The position numbers and the translations under genes were made by a program. This document shows positions 45,778 to 56,379 of a DNA stretch of 64,000 bases, in pieces. Source of the stretch: a virus; UHGV virus genome UHGV-0075239, one strand, 5' to 3'. The notes beneath the pieces are model-generated. The model searched no databases and was not told where the DNA came from. It saw nothing but the letters and a program-made list of their open reading frames with translations. The first letter of the stretch is position 1. The number at the start of each line of letters is the position of its first letter.

Positions 45778-47256
45778 ATGAGAGTTTTACGAGGCGAACC
45801 GAGCATAAAGGTACCAGTCTGGGACGCGTACTTTGTGGCGGACATTCCAGAATTTTTATATAAGATTGTGAAGGAGTCGAAGAAGTTTACTTCGGCATAC
45901 CATCGTTCGCTCAAACTACTCGAAGTGGATAAGCCAACTTTGGAGTTTATGGAGGAGCAGTGCAAGAAGCACAATATCCCTGTTCGGTTTGAAGGTGAGG
46001 ACAGACCGTTTCCCGCTTTGCGGGTGTTCGAGGACGACCCCGATTTCAAGTATCAGGAAGACGCGGCGCACGCTCTGGCGAAGATGCCGAATGCATTATT
46101 GCAGTTCGGTGTCGGCTCTGGCAAGACCCGCATCACCTTACTGGCACTTGAAGAGCGGTTCGCAGTGAATCCCAATTTGAGAGTGCTGGTGGTGACTGGT
46201 CTGGCGGCGTTGCAGCAGAATTGGCGCACTGATAGTGATAAGTTCCACCTGTGTGAAGGCAAGATTACCATCACTGGTGTCGGCAGTTCCAAAGAGAGCT
46301 TGAAGATGATTGCCGAGGCGAAAGACGGAGAAGTCCTTACTGCGAACTTTGATATGCTGTCAAACATCGAACTGCTCAAAGCGTTCGCAGATTTCAATCC
46401 AGACATCGTGGTGTTCGACGAAGTTCACATGATTGCGAACATGGGCAACAAGCGGGTGTCTGGCGCGATGCGTACGGAGGGCTTGCACGAGCTTGCGGGT
46501 GACCACTGGTCGCTGTCGGCAAGCCCTGTTAAGTTCACACCGTTCGACTGGCGTTCTCTGCTCATCTGGCTGAGGGCACTCAACTCCGAGATGAGCCAGT
46601 CTGGTTTTGAAAACTACTACGGAGAGTGGGGGTTCAACTATATGGGGCAGCGTGTCTGCACCGCATACAAGAACCTCGAGTCCTTATTGCCGATTGTGAA
46701 CTCGGTTCGGCTGGCGTTCCGAGGCACGGAGTTGCCAGAGTTGCAAATCATCGACGTGCCTATTGAGGACGGGGATAAGCGTTCGCCGCACAACGTTCGT
46801 CATTACAACAACTGCATCAATCCCCACAAGATTGATTTCGTGCGTGCAATGGAGAACCAATGCATCGTTGCGTGCAACATCACCAAGCCGTTCAGCGTGT
46901 GGACAGACGCCCTCAAAGACGCGGCTGATGTTCGGGTGTTCGATGGGACTTTGAACTTGAAACAGAGGGCAGACCTATTGCACGAATGTCTGGACGGCAA
47001 TGTGGATGTACTTCTGCTGTCGCTGACGGCGGGCGGTGTCGGTTTGAATCTGGCTGAGGCTTACTCTGATATGGTGTTCATTGACTGTCCGAACTCGCTG
47101 GTAGATTTCTGGCAGGGGTACGGTCGAGTTTATCGAATCGGTGCGCGGTCGACAGTTCGGGTGTACAAGGTATACTGCAAGGGCACGTCCGACGAGCTGA
47201 AGTGGAAACAGATATATTCTGACTTCAAGGCTCTGCAAATATTCTACGAGTTCTAA
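45778..47256 (+). CDS. SNF2-like superfamily 2 helicase
   Basis: YQ, GSGKT, DEVH, LSASP, GGVGLNL, Q.YGRVYRIG. Confidence 0.9.
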   Translation: MRVLRGEPSIKVPVWDAYFVADIPEFLYKIVKESKKFTSAYHRSLKLLEVDKPTLEFMEEQCKKHNIPVRFEGEDRPFPALRVFEDDPDFKYQEDAAHALAKMPNALLQFGVGSGKTRITLLALEERFAVNPNLRVLVVTGLAALQQNWRTDSDKFHLCEGKITITGVGSSKESLKMIAEAKDGEVLTANFDMLSNIELLKAFADFNPDIVVFDEVHMIANMGNKRVSGAMRTEGLHELAGDHWSLSASPVKFTPFDWRSLLIWLRALNSEMSQSGFENYYGEWGFNYMGQRVCTAYKNLESLLPIVNSVRLAFRGTELPELQIIDVPIEDGDKRSPHNVRHYNNCINPHKIDFVRAMENQCIVACNITKPFSVWTDALKDAADVRVFDGTLNLKQRADLLHECLDGNVDVLLLSLTAGGVGLNLAEAYSDMVFIDCPNSLVDFWQGYGRVYRIGARSTVRVYKVYCKGTSDELKWKQIYSDFKALQIFYEF

Positions 47257-47264
47257 TCCTCAAT

Positions 47265-47292
47265 AAGCCGTCCACGGTGAGTGGGCGGCTTT
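47265..47292 (+). terminator. intrinsic terminator
   Basis: AAGCCGTCCAC-ggtga-GTGGGCGGCTTT. Confidence 0.7.
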
Positions 47293-47317
47293 GTTATTTT
47301 AACATGAGGAGATAATC

Positions 47318-49963
47318 ATGGCTGATAATATTGTTTTTAACGATTTCGACGTGACAGTCGAGATATACGATTCCGTCATTGCAAAGTGGGTGCTTACAGA
47401 TTACGCGGAGACAGACCCATCGAGTACGGCGTATTTGAGAAACCGAGATTTAATCCAGCAGAAATTAACGGCGGGGACGAACGTTACGATTGACAAAGAC
47501 AATGTCATCTCGGCTGAGGTTCGTCTTGACCAGATGGAGCAGTTTATCAGCAAGGATTTGCAGAACGAGTTAAAACTCGGCACTGACCAGTTGCTGTATG
47601 TCGGGTTCTCTGGTCTGTTGAGAAACGGCGGTGATGTTGCAACGCGAGAGGAATTGCCAGATACCTCTGACCCTTTCATCGCGCATATGATTAAGGATGA
47701 GAATCTTATTGTATTCGCGTATCACGATGAGAGTCTGGGTCTGGTCTGGTTGCCGCTGAGCTTTTACGTGGATATGAATCTCTACGTGAGTAAAGAGGAG
47801 CTGATTCCAGAGTTAAAAAAGAAGGTGGATACCGCTCTTTTGGATACCGATGCGGTGTCTAATACGGTTCCCTTGAGAGATGCGGCTGGGCGTTTTAAGG
47901 TTGCTGATGGTTCTGAGGCTGGAGATGTTATTAATCTCGGTCAGCTTAATGCCCATAATGACAGCCAAGAATCACACCCCTCTATTTTGAATTCGCTTGA
48001 ACAGACAAACAAGGATTTGGCGGTTGTAAAATCTGACCTCGAGTCGACGGATGGGAAGGTAGATGCGAATGCAACTGACATTGAGAATCTGTCTGGTCGA
48101 GTCAAAACAAACGAGGACAATATTGGTGCGCTCGGCGGTCGTATGACAACGGTGGAGACAAACATCACGTCTTTGGATGGTCGTATGACAACTGCTGAGG
48201 CGGACCTGCTTACCAAGGCAACCATTACGGCTCTTAATGATGAGGTTGCTCGTGCAAAGGCAGAAGAAGCGTTGAAGTTGGACAAGACCTCTATCAACGA
48301 AAACTATATTACCAATGCGGTGTTTTCTGTTGATGGAAATGGAGTTCAGACCCTCTCTGTCACACTTAAGAATCCTGTGACGGGTGCGGTGTCGACCCTG
48401 TCGCGTAACATCACTCTTGCGAGCCAGACCAATGATGGTTTTATGGCAAAGCAGGATAAAATCACTTTGGCTGACATTGTTTTGCGTGTCGGAAAACTCG
48501 AAGGGCAGCATGCTCGGTATCTGTACACCGAGAGTGCGAATCCTACGGCGGAGCAAATTAACGCATTTGCAGTTTCGCTTGGTTTTCAGCCACCTTTTAC
48601 TGGTGTGAGCATTGTGGTGTCGGCAACCAATCACGTGTGGAATTATTATCAAGGTGGCACGGGCTGGAGAGATGATGGATTTGATATCGTGGTACAAGCG
48701 ACTCTCGAGTTGCTCGGCTTGGTAAAGAGTTCGCTGGAAGATGGAAAGTCTTACGTGGAAGCGGATGGAACGATGTCTATTAACGGGTGGGATACCGTTA
48801 AGAGTGACATTGCAAACCTCGCTGATAAGGTAGATTCTGTGGTGTTGTCGGCGGGTACGAATAATGGTACTTTGAAGTTGTCGGTTACCACGGGGAGCGG
48901 GACATCGTCAGTTGATAACATTCCAGTTAAGGGGCTTGGTTCTGCGGCATTTCAGAATTCTGATGCGTTTGCTCCAGCCGAGCAAGGGACGCAGAATACG
49001 GCGGATATTACGAGTTTGAAGTCGCGTGTAACCACGGCTGAAACGGATATATCAACACTGAAATCTCAGAAAGCAAATATTGCATCGCCAGCCTTTACTG
49101 GAACTCCGACCGCTCCAACGGCAAGTACGGCTACCAATAACACTCAGATTGCAACCACGGCGTTTGTTCAGAGCGTAGTTCCTACGTTGAGACCATATGG
49201 CACGGCGTTGCCAAAAATGAATGGTACTGCGGCGGTCGGTACTTCGTCTGGGCTTGCACGAGAAGACCATGTTCATCCGTTTGATACTGCGTGTGTTCCA
49301 ACCACCCGCAAAATAAATGGGTTGGATTTGACGGCGGACAGGAATCTCACGTATGCCAATGTGGGGGCGGCACCGACTGTGCACTCGAGCCCCGCAGCGG
49401 ATACGTATGGAGGGGGCACTTCCTCTGCGTATGGTCATGTGAAACTTTCGGATAGCGTTGCGCTTGATTCTGGTGCAGACCTCTCTGTGGGTGCATCGGC
49501 TAAGGCTGTAAAGACAGTTAATGATGCGGTGGTGAGAGAGGTTTCTGACCGAGAGGCGGCTGTGACTCAGTCTGTGGCGGATTCGAAAGCGTACACCGAC
49601 CAGGAAGTTAAGAAGGTATCCGATGGTCTTTCCTCTGCGACGGAAGCGCGTGACTTGGCGGCTGGCTTTGCTACGTTTGACCCGACTCTGTTGAGTGGGG
49701 TTTCTGCACAGGCGATTGGAAATTCCCAGTTGCTCATCACCTTTACTCCAGTGGTGGATATCACTCCAGATGGAACACCGTATACTTTTTTCTCTGACGC
49801 TGAGGCATCAATTATTCCGACGTTAAAATTGAGGTTCGGTCAGGTGTGGGATTATGCAAAGGTTGAGCAGGTGGGGTTCTGCGTGTTTGACCAGGACGGC
49901 GATTTGACAATCAACGCCGTAGCGACTTTGTTTGCGGGAACGCAGTATACTCTGCTAGTGTAG
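47318..49963 (+). CDS. tail fibre protein
   Basis: Coiled-coil repeats, ASPAFTGTPTAPT..QIATTAFV, AREDHVHP, YGHVKLSD fibre motifs. Confidence 0.85.
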   Translation: MADNIVFNDFDVTVEIYDSVIAKWVLTDYAETDPSSTAYLRNRDLIQQKLTAGTNVTIDKDNVISAEVRLDQMEQFISKDLQNELKLGTDQLLYVGFSGLLRNGGDVATREELPDTSDPFIAHMIKDENLIVFAYHDESLGLVWLPLSFYVDMNLYVSKEELIPELKKKVDTALLDTDAVSNTVPLRDAAGRFKVADGSEAGDVINLGQLNAHNDSQESHPSILNSLEQTNKDLAVVKSDLESTDGKVDANATDIENLSGRVKTNEDNIGALGGRMTTVETNITSLDGRMTTAEADLLTKATITALNDEVARAKAEEALKLDKTSINENYITNAVFSVDGNGVQTLSVTLKNPVTGAVSTLSRNITLASQTNDGFMAKQDKITLADIVLRVGKLEGQHARYLYTESANPTAEQINAFAVSLGFQPPFTGVSIVVSATNHVWNYYQGGTGWRDDGFDIVVQATLELLGLVKSSLEDGKSYVEADGTMSINGWDTVKSDIANLADKVDSVVLSAGTNNGTLKLSVTTGSGTSSVDNIPVKGLGSAAFQNSDAFAPAEQGTQNTADITSLKSRVTTAETDISTLKSQKANIASPAFTGTPTAPTASTATNNTQIATTAFVQSVVPTLRPYGTALPKMNGTAAVGTSSGLAREDHVHPFDTACVPTTRKINGLDLTADRNLTYANVGAAPTVHSSPAADTYGGGTSSAYGHVKLSDSVALDSGADLSVGASAKAVKTVNDAVVREVSDREAAVTQSVADSKAYTDQEVKKVSDGLSSATEARDLAAGFATFDPTLLSGVSAQAIGNSQLLITFTPVVDITPDGTPYTFFSDAEASIIPTLKLRFGQVWDYAKVEQVGFCVFDQDGDLTINAVATLFAGTQYTLLV

Positions 49964-49999
49964 AACGCTTTCGACGTTATGGTAATTCAGGAGGCAGTT

Positions 50000-50635
50000 A
50001 TGGATTTACTTATTGAACTTTTGAAACAGTACGGGTGGCAAGCGGTTGTCGTAGCGGTGCTTACCATCGTTCTCATAGAGTGCATCAAGCCGCTGGCGCG
50101 TAAGGTAATCAAGAAAGAAAACGCGCGGCACACGCTGTACACTGCCCTCAACTACGCATTTTCTTTGGGGCTTTCGGCGGCTCTGGCGGCAATCTTGAAG
50201 CGCATCGATGATGTGTTCACCCTGTATGGCTCTGCCATTCTGGTTGTGAACATCCTTACTCCGATTGTGGTGAACGTTGGTTTGCTCAAATGGATTGAGG
50301 GGCTGTTCAAGGACATCTGGCAGAAGACCACCGAGGGCGGTGCGTGGAAGAAGGCACTTGAAGACCTCGGCGAGATTTTCGGCATTGATACGAAAATCTT
50401 GGACGACGTGGCAACCAAAATAGAAGAGGAATATCTGCCGCTTATACAGGCGGGCAAAGACATTTTCTTTTCCGAGAACAAAGAAGAGCTTATTCTGAAT
50501 ATCAAGCAAAAGTTGGCTGGCTTTATTGAGAACGGCAAACTGCAAGAAGTGGCGGAAGGGCTTTTCGAGAAATTAAAAGACAGCTGGAAAGACAGCAAGG
50601 CTATCAAAGAGACCTCGGAGGAGACTAAGGCATGA
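50000..50635 (+). CDS. membrane protein, holin-like
   Basis: Three N-terminal hydrophobic segments, charged C-terminus. Confidence 0.5.
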   Translation: MDLLIELLKQYGWQAVVVAVLTIVLIECIKPLARKVIKKENARHTLYTALNYAFSLGLSAALAAILKRIDDVFTLYGSAILVVNILTPIVVNVGLLKWIEGLFKDIWQKTTEGGAWKKALEDLGEIFGIDTKILDDVATKIEEEYLPLIQAGKDIFFSENKEELILNIKQKLAGFIENGKLQEVAEGLFEKLKDSWKDSKAIKETSEETKA

Positions 50636-51030
50636 AGAGAGTATTAAAGATTTTTCTGTGGGTAATAGTCTGTTTTGCAGCCATTACTCTGTCACAAGCC
50701 GCGACATTCGCTGGTGTGTGGGAGCTCGAGAAGACATTTCTTACTGGGTTCTGGAACGCCCCAAAAGATTGGATAGGCACGGTGGTTTTGTGGAAGTATG
50801 CGGCGGTCGGGCTGTCTGCGCTCGGCGTTATTGTGACGGCGGCGGTTTCACTGACTCGAAAGGGTTTGAAGAAGAGGAAGCCGAAGCAGCGCAAAGAGAA
50901 GAGAAAGGAAGAGACGAGACCACCTGAACCACGCAAGTTGAATAACGTGACGGACGGGGGTGTGGTTATGAGCAGCACTGCGAAGACGAGTAATCCTACC
51001 AAGTTCACTCGCGTGCCGCCAAAAGAATAA
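50632..51030 (+). CDS. membrane protein
   Basis: Two hydrophobic segments, basic tail. Confidence 0.55.
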   Translation: MKRVLKIFLWVIVCFAAITLSQAATFAGVWELEKTFLTGFWNAPKDWIGTVVLWKYAAVGLSALGVIVTAAVSLTRKGLKKRKPKQRKEKRKEETRPPEPRKLNNVTDGGVVMSSTAKTSNPTKFTRVPPKE

Positions 51031-51045
51031 TTACATCGAAACATA

Positions 51046-51080
51046 GGGAAGAGTCCGAGATTGGTCGGACTCTTTTCTTT
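51046..51080 (+). terminator. intrinsic terminator
   Basis: GAAGAGTCCGA-gattgg-TCGGACTCTTTTC. Confidence 0.75.
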
Positions 51081-51112
51081 CACATCGTTATTTTAGATGT
51101 AGGAGATAAGTT

Positions 51113-52099
51113 ATGAACAATTTCAATTTGCCATTCGATTTGCCGCCCGCCCCTACTGATAAAAAGAGGATTGTATTTTCGTTCGGCGTGAGTGACTTGG
51201 AATTTTTCAAGTGCTTTCCGAGCGACGATTTTCTGGGCACGCAATATGACAGGAATCCAGCGCAGCTGGTGATTGTGTGGGATATCTTTTTGAGACCTTA
51301 CAACTGTGAGATGCAGTTCTATACTCCAAAGAACCAGCTCTTAGTGTCTGTGCCTGTTCCAAAGTCGGTGAATGTTCCGTACACTATTATTGACGGGATG
51401 ATTAACGAATGGGTGACCAAAGAGGAGTACGTCAACGTTCAGTTCGTCTTTACTCGTGATGGGCAGTTCGTCAAATCGACGTTGCCTATTCGCATGAACC
51501 TTTCGCCCGCAAACAAGCCAGACTACCTCAAAATCATAAAGCCAGTCGAATTTGACAGAATGAAACTGCTCTATGACAAGGCGGTGACGTCGGCGGCTCT
51601 GCGGTTTGATGAGAGTGATGGATGGATTTATGACTTCTTTGCTGAGGATGGCACGTTGCGGTTTTCTCTCGGTTGGATTCCTCACGACGTTATCCGAGCG
51701 ACGGAGCAGTGCCTTTCCGCAAACGAGAAGATGATTGCCCGCGCAAATATCAAGGTACCGACGACGTTCGTATTGCCGCTTGCGGTCGCAGATGGGGTGT
51801 CAGTGTCGAAAGATACTACGGCGTATGTTAACGCTTTGGAAGACGCTACGTTCGAGGTGTGGCGTGACAATGGGGACGGCTCGTTTACCGAGGTGATTCC
51901 TACGTCAAAGTCGTATAATGCCACTTCTGTCAATATGACGTTGACCGAGGCAATCGACGGAAAGATTCGGGTGTCGTGCAAGTCGGCGCGGTACATTCCG
52001 AGCGATGAGAGCGTTTTGCTCGAGTCCATCTATTCTGGAAATGGGTTGATGAACGAAAACGACGGAAACCTCTTTACTAATCAGGAGCTGAAAGAATGA
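51113..52099 (+). CDS. structural protein (BppU-like N-terminus possible)
   Basis: Position before a fibre gene; G.Q.D.N...L, Q.L...EK..AR.NI motif. Confidence 0.5.
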   Translation: MNNFNLPFDLPPAPTDKKRIVFSFGVSDLEFFKCFPSDDFLGTQYDRNPAQLVIVWDIFLRPYNCEMQFYTPKNQLLVSVPVPKSVNVPYTIIDGMINEWVTKEEYVNVQFVFTRDGQFVKSTLPIRMNLSPANKPDYLKIIKPVEFDRMKLLYDKAVTSAALRFDESDGWIYDFFAEDGTLRFSLGWIPHDVIRATEQCLSANEKMIARANIKVPTTFVLPLAVADGVSVSKDTTAYVNALEDATFEVWRDNGDGSFTEVIPTSKSYNATSVNMTLTEAIDGKIRVSCKSARYIPSDESVLLESIYSGNGLMNENDGNLFTNQELKE

Positions 52100-52494
52100 G
52101 TGAGATTTTAACAGAGCCATCGAGCCAGAGGGCTGATAATAAGATTTGGGTCTGGCGGTACGGGGATGCTGTCAATACGCCGTTCAAAGTGACTTTTCAC
52201 AAGAAAGACACGGGTGAGCAGTATTTTGACATTCCAACCACGATGTACGTCCGATTCTTAATCAAGGATGACTTGCGTGATGATACGCCAGTCATTGAAA
52301 AGACGTATAAGTTCATCTCGCCGAACGTGTTCGTAGTGGAGCTCTCTACTGAGGAAGTGGTTCAGCTCCGCGCGGGCAAGACGTATCATGTCGGTGTCGC
52401 TCTTTACGGCGAAGACGACAATTTTGTTAGGGTGTTGATTGCTGACCTGCCGTTACGCATTGACAAGTCGGCGTTAAGCAATTCGGTGTTCTAA
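52096..52494 (+). CDS. small beta-rich structural protein
   Basis: GD....., F.IK, V.LS.EE...L..G.Y pattern. Confidence 0.5.
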   Translation: MSEILTEPSSQRADNKIWVWRYGDAVNTPFKVTFHKKDTGEQYFDIPTTMYVRFLIKDDLRDDTPVIEKTYKFISPNVFVVELSTEEVVQLRAGKTYHVGVALYGEDDNFVRVLIADLPLRIDKSALSNSVF

Positions 52495-52521
52495 CGGTTA
52501 TTTTATTTAAGGAGCGCACTT

Positions 52522-55020
52522 ATGGAAGGTTCGAAGAATAATTTTGTTGAGAGCATGATTCCGTTAAAGGCTATCAAGTCTGCGGTTGAGCTCCAGCACT
52601 CACATGCAAATATGGCGTTGCTGAATTCGCTGACTACCACTGGTTCGCCGATTCAGTATCTTGGCGGCGATGGACAATACCATGATTTTCCAGAGTCGTT
52701 CTATGTTGATGCTTTTCTGTTGAAATACAATCAGACCGAGGGGAATGTAACCGCCGCAAAGGATACGAACGGCAACTTGTATATGCAAGCGAAGAACACG
52801 TTCGCATCCGCGCTCGGCGGCAGGGTCATAGGCTCTATTGAGCTTGAACGAGAATCTAGTAAGCAGATTAACGTTTCCATCGCAGAGGTGGATGTCAATT
52901 CTGGCGCGATTTCCGAAAACGCTATCAAATATATCACTGGTGGTTCGGGTGTTAGTTTGAACTATGCGGACGGCATTTTGTCGCTCGACTTGGTTCAGTC
53001 CGAGGCACCATTTACCAATTTAATGGAGAAGCAGACTTCTGCAACGGTCGGTCATGTCGGCGTGTTCGATGCGGCTGGTCGTGTTATCGATGGAGGCACT
53101 CTGCTCTCTAATCTGGTGACGGCAACGCAGCTGGCAACTCACGCGGCGGATACAAGTCTGCACGTAACAACGGCTTTGCAGAATTCGTGGACGGCGAAGC
53201 AGAATGCACTGACGTCTGTGCAGCTTACTGCGACGAACAGCGGAATTACTGCGGCAAAGGTTGCTCAGTATGACGCGTACGCAACCAACAAACAGTCGGT
53301 CGGCGGCAACCTGCCGAATATGAACTTGATTACGGATGCGGAAGGAAATATCACGACGGAGGCTCGGTTCATTCCGAGCACCAAGATAAACACGGTTCCG
53401 ACGGCAGTCCAAAACAGGGTAGCCACCTTTACTGGAGACGGCAACGTAAAAGACTCTGGCATTATCCTCGGCGCGTTCTCGTCCAATGAGACCGTCAAAG
53501 ATTATGTGGACAACCTCGTGAACTCGAGTATCACAGGTTCGTCCTATCAGGGCACGTTTACGTACTTCGGTACGCAGGCTCAGGTCGAGTCGGTTTCAGA
53601 CGCAAAGGCGGGTGATACTGCAATTGTGTACATCGGCTCTATTGATGACTTGGGCGGTCTGTTGCGCGGCGATTATAATGGAACGACTTGGACGTTTGCG
53701 GACGTGACACCTGCTCCGTCCAACGGCGCATGGATGGAGACTGATAATCTGCTGGGCAATGACCCTGTAGTTCCAGGTCGTATCATTGTCAAGATTGACG
53801 GCTCGAATCCACCATCGCTTGACGTTCGTCCGAACACGACAATGCAGCTTGACAATACCACCATCGGTTTTAACTCTGCTGGTCAGGTTTCGCTGGTGAT
53901 GAGAACGCTGTCGAGCGGAAAGTCGGTGATGAACACCATCACGGCGGACAGCATTGCATACGAATTTACCAACACGGGCGGCACGGATACTTCCAAAACC
54001 ATCAAGGAAGTCATCGACGCTAACAAGGCGGCGGCTGAACCAGCTTTTACTAAGAATACGGCGTTCAACAAGAATTTCGACACCTCGAGCCAGAGTGCAA
54101 CCAGCACTATGGTCATCGGCGACAAGGATACCCGCCTTACTAACTCTCGTCCAGCAAGCGACGTGTACGCGTGGGCAAAAGCGGCTACAAAGCCGACTTA
54201 CACGTATACGGAGGTTGGTGCGCTGGGAGCAACTCAAACGGCAGTTGCGGCTACCAAGTTGAAGACGGCGCGTACGGTTCGTGTCGCGCTGAACTCGACA
54301 GCGGTTGCAAACTTTGACGGAACTGCGAACATCACACCAGGTGTGCAGGGCAAGTTGCCTGTCGCGAGCGGTGGTACGGGAGCAACGACTCTTACTGCTG
54401 GATATGCAATCATCGGAAATGGCAATTCGGCGGTATCGTTCCGAGCCATTACTGACGCGGCTACGAGTGGGAGCACTTCGCTCTTTACTTCTGGCGGTGC
54501 GTATACGCTTGCACAGTCTAAGCAGAATGTGATTTCTGTGTCAACTGCTACTCCATCTGCGGTATCTGGAAACCTTTGGTATCAGTTAGCATCTGCAAGC
54601 GGCACTGGATTTACCATCAGATATTATAATGGTTTGTCTTGGAGTTATCTGTACCCCGCGATTGACCCAGATTGGAAAGCGCAGGTAGACGCGGTAATTG
54701 CAAACGCTGGTGCACCGTATGTGGTTGGTCTGGCGGCTACTTCGTCCACTCCACCCATCTCTGGTTATCCGACCAAGGTGTGGAGAGGCAGTACTGAAAA
54801 CTACTCAAACTACTCGCAGACGATCGCTTATTCCGAACACGGAAAAGGGCTTGTAACTGTCGGCGGGGTAACTCGGTATTTGCCAAAAGTCAAGATTTAC
54901 AGCATAAGTTCTGGCAGCGTGTACGAGGAGACGTATGATAGTCCGACGGTCGACATTACGACTGGACTCATCACAGTCCATTCCAACGTGAACACCAGCG
55001 CGATTGTCGTTGTCTTTTAG
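52522..55020 (+). CDS. tail fibre protein
   Basis: H..DT..HVT, SDVYAWAKA..KPTYT..EVGA, ATKL.TART, LPVA.GGTGATT fibre motifs. Confidence 0.85.
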   Translation: MEGSKNNFVESMIPLKAIKSAVELQHSHANMALLNSLTTTGSPIQYLGGDGQYHDFPESFYVDAFLLKYNQTEGNVTAAKDTNGNLYMQAKNTFASALGGRVIGSIELERESSKQINVSIAEVDVNSGAISENAIKYITGGSGVSLNYADGILSLDLVQSEAPFTNLMEKQTSATVGHVGVFDAAGRVIDGGTLLSNLVTATQLATHAADTSLHVTTALQNSWTAKQNALTSVQLTATNSGITAAKVAQYDAYATNKQSVGGNLPNMNLITDAEGNITTEARFIPSTKINTVPTAVQNRVATFTGDGNVKDSGIILGAFSSNETVKDYVDNLVNSSITGSSYQGTFTYFGTQAQVESVSDAKAGDTAIVYIGSIDDLGGLLRGDYNGTTWTFADVTPAPSNGAWMETDNLLGNDPVVPGRIIVKIDGSNPPSLDVRPNTTMQLDNTTIGFNSAGQVSLVMRTLSSGKSVMNTITADSIAYEFTNTGGTDTSKTIKEVIDANKAAAEPAFTKNTAFNKNFDTSSQSATSTMVIGDKDTRLTNSRPASDVYAWAKAATKPTYTYTEVGALGATQTAVAATKLKTARTVRVALNSTAVANFDGTANITPGVQGKLPVASGGTGATTLTAGYAIIGNGNSAVSFRAITDAATSGSTSLFTSGGAYTLAQSKQNVISVSTATPSAVSGNLWYQLASASGTGFTIRYYNGLSWSYLYPAIDPDWKAQVDAVIANAGAPYVVGLAATSSTPPISGYPTKVWRGSTENYSNYSQTIAYSEHGKGLVTVGGVTRYLPKVKIYSISSGSVYEETYDSPTVDITTGLITVHSNVNTSAIVVVF

Positions 55021-55336
55021 GAGGATTTATGAAAACCAGGAGAGGAGTTGATTCGAAGTCTGTATAGGAATGGTACGGTATATGTACGGCACTGGGTATT
55101 ATATCGGTACGTATTGGCTGATGGGGTATCCGTACCAATATTCGTCGTTGGTGGTGATGTTCAAAGAAACGTTTGAAATGCCAGATATGTCAAGTCAGCT
55201 GGCAAACACAATTCAGTTACATCGAATCGGAAGTGCGACTTTGCGCTGAGTTAATGGAAATAAAACGAGTCGGGAATATTTTTCTCGGCTCGCTGTCTTT
55301 TTAATTAAGGACAAAAACGATTCATTAAAGGAGGAC

Positions 55337-55852
55337 GTGATAATGCCTAAAAAAGTATATCGCAGCTTGTTCGACGCCGATGACGTGTACGAAGTCGAGG
55401 AACTGACGGATAACCCCGACATTTCCGAGTCTGGTATTGCGGCGGTGAAGACCGAGGATGCGAAGTCCAAGAAAGACGAGGGCGGACCTACGCTCGAGGG
55501 TTGCTGGGACGCTATCAAAGACCTGTCGGCGAAGTTCGACGCAGCGTTCGGCACGGGCGGCTCTGCTGGGAAGCCCAAAATCAAGGACGGCAACGAGCCC
55601 GCGACGGGTATGGAGGTCGAACCATTGAAAATGGAAATCGACAAGTCAAAGCCTGTCAACGCTCAGGACTCGGACGACGAGGATGTGGACAAGGACGACG
55701 AGGGCGAAGACAAAGACGGCGAAAAAGCATCCAAGGATGTGAAGGACGCTTACTCTGGCTTTACTCGTGTCGGCGAAAAGAAGGTCATGGACACCGCGAC
55801 CGCAACTCAGGTTGCTTTCCAGAGCCGCTACGACAAAGTCGCGAATAAGTAA
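55337..55852 (+). CDS. acidic head scaffold-like protein
   Basis: Very acidic; directly upstream of decoration and capsid genes. Confidence 0.55.
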   Translation: MIMPKKVYRSLFDADDVYEVEELTDNPDISESGIAAVKTEDAKSKKDEGGPTLEGCWDAIKDLSAKFDAAFGTGGSAGKPKIKDGNEPATGMEVEPLKMEIDKSKPVNAQDSDDEDVDKDDEGEDKDGEKASKDVKDAYSGFTRVGEKKVMDTATATQVAFQSRYDKVANK

Positions 55853-55872
55853 GGAGAGGAGGAAAGAAAACC

Positions 55873-56358
55873 ATGAGTATGATTTACGGAGCAGATGGAT
55901 ATAAGAAACTGCAAGTCGGCTACGAGACCCAGGTCAACGACACTCTGCGCCGCGCTTACGCGGTAGCGAATTCCGAGACCGACGGCATTTTGCCAGGCGA
56001 CCTGTTGCTCACTTCGAGTGCGCCCCAGGTCTACACCCGCGCGAAAGCGGCTCTTTCGGGCACGCAGAAGGTTGCGGGCATTGCGTTGGCTACCAACGTA
56101 TTGCTCGACCCGATGTTCCCGCAGTCGCCAGACGGCAAGGTTGTTTTCAAACCAGGCGTGCGTGGCGCGGCTGTGATTCGCGGCTCGATTGCTGTACCGT
56201 TTACGGGCACGGCACCAACCGAGGGCGCGGCTGTGTATTACGATTTCACCAACAGAGCGTTTACTGCCACGGCGGGCAGCAACATTTCCCTGCCAGGCAT
56301 GCGCTTTACTGGACGCACCGAGGGCAACGTGTCCGAAGTGTACGTCCAGTACATTTAA
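55873..56358 (+). CDS. capsid decoration/cement protein
   Basis: About 160 aa before the MCP; AGIA, RGSI.V, G.AVY. Confidence 0.7.
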   Translation: MSMIYGADGYKKLQVGYETQVNDTLRRAYAVANSETDGILPGDLLLTSSAPQVYTRAKAALSGTQKVAGIALATNVLLDPMFPQSPDGKVVFKPGVRGAAVIRGSIAVPFTGTAPTEGAAVYYDFTNRAFTATAGSNISLPGMRFTGRTEGNVSEVYVQYI

Positions 56359-56379
56359 AGGAAGGAGGAGGTAAAAGAG

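Noticed and set aside
47318..55020. Diversity-generating retroelement or invertible fibre cassette
   Set aside because: No reverse transcriptase, site-specific recombinase, or TR/VR repeat pair was seen
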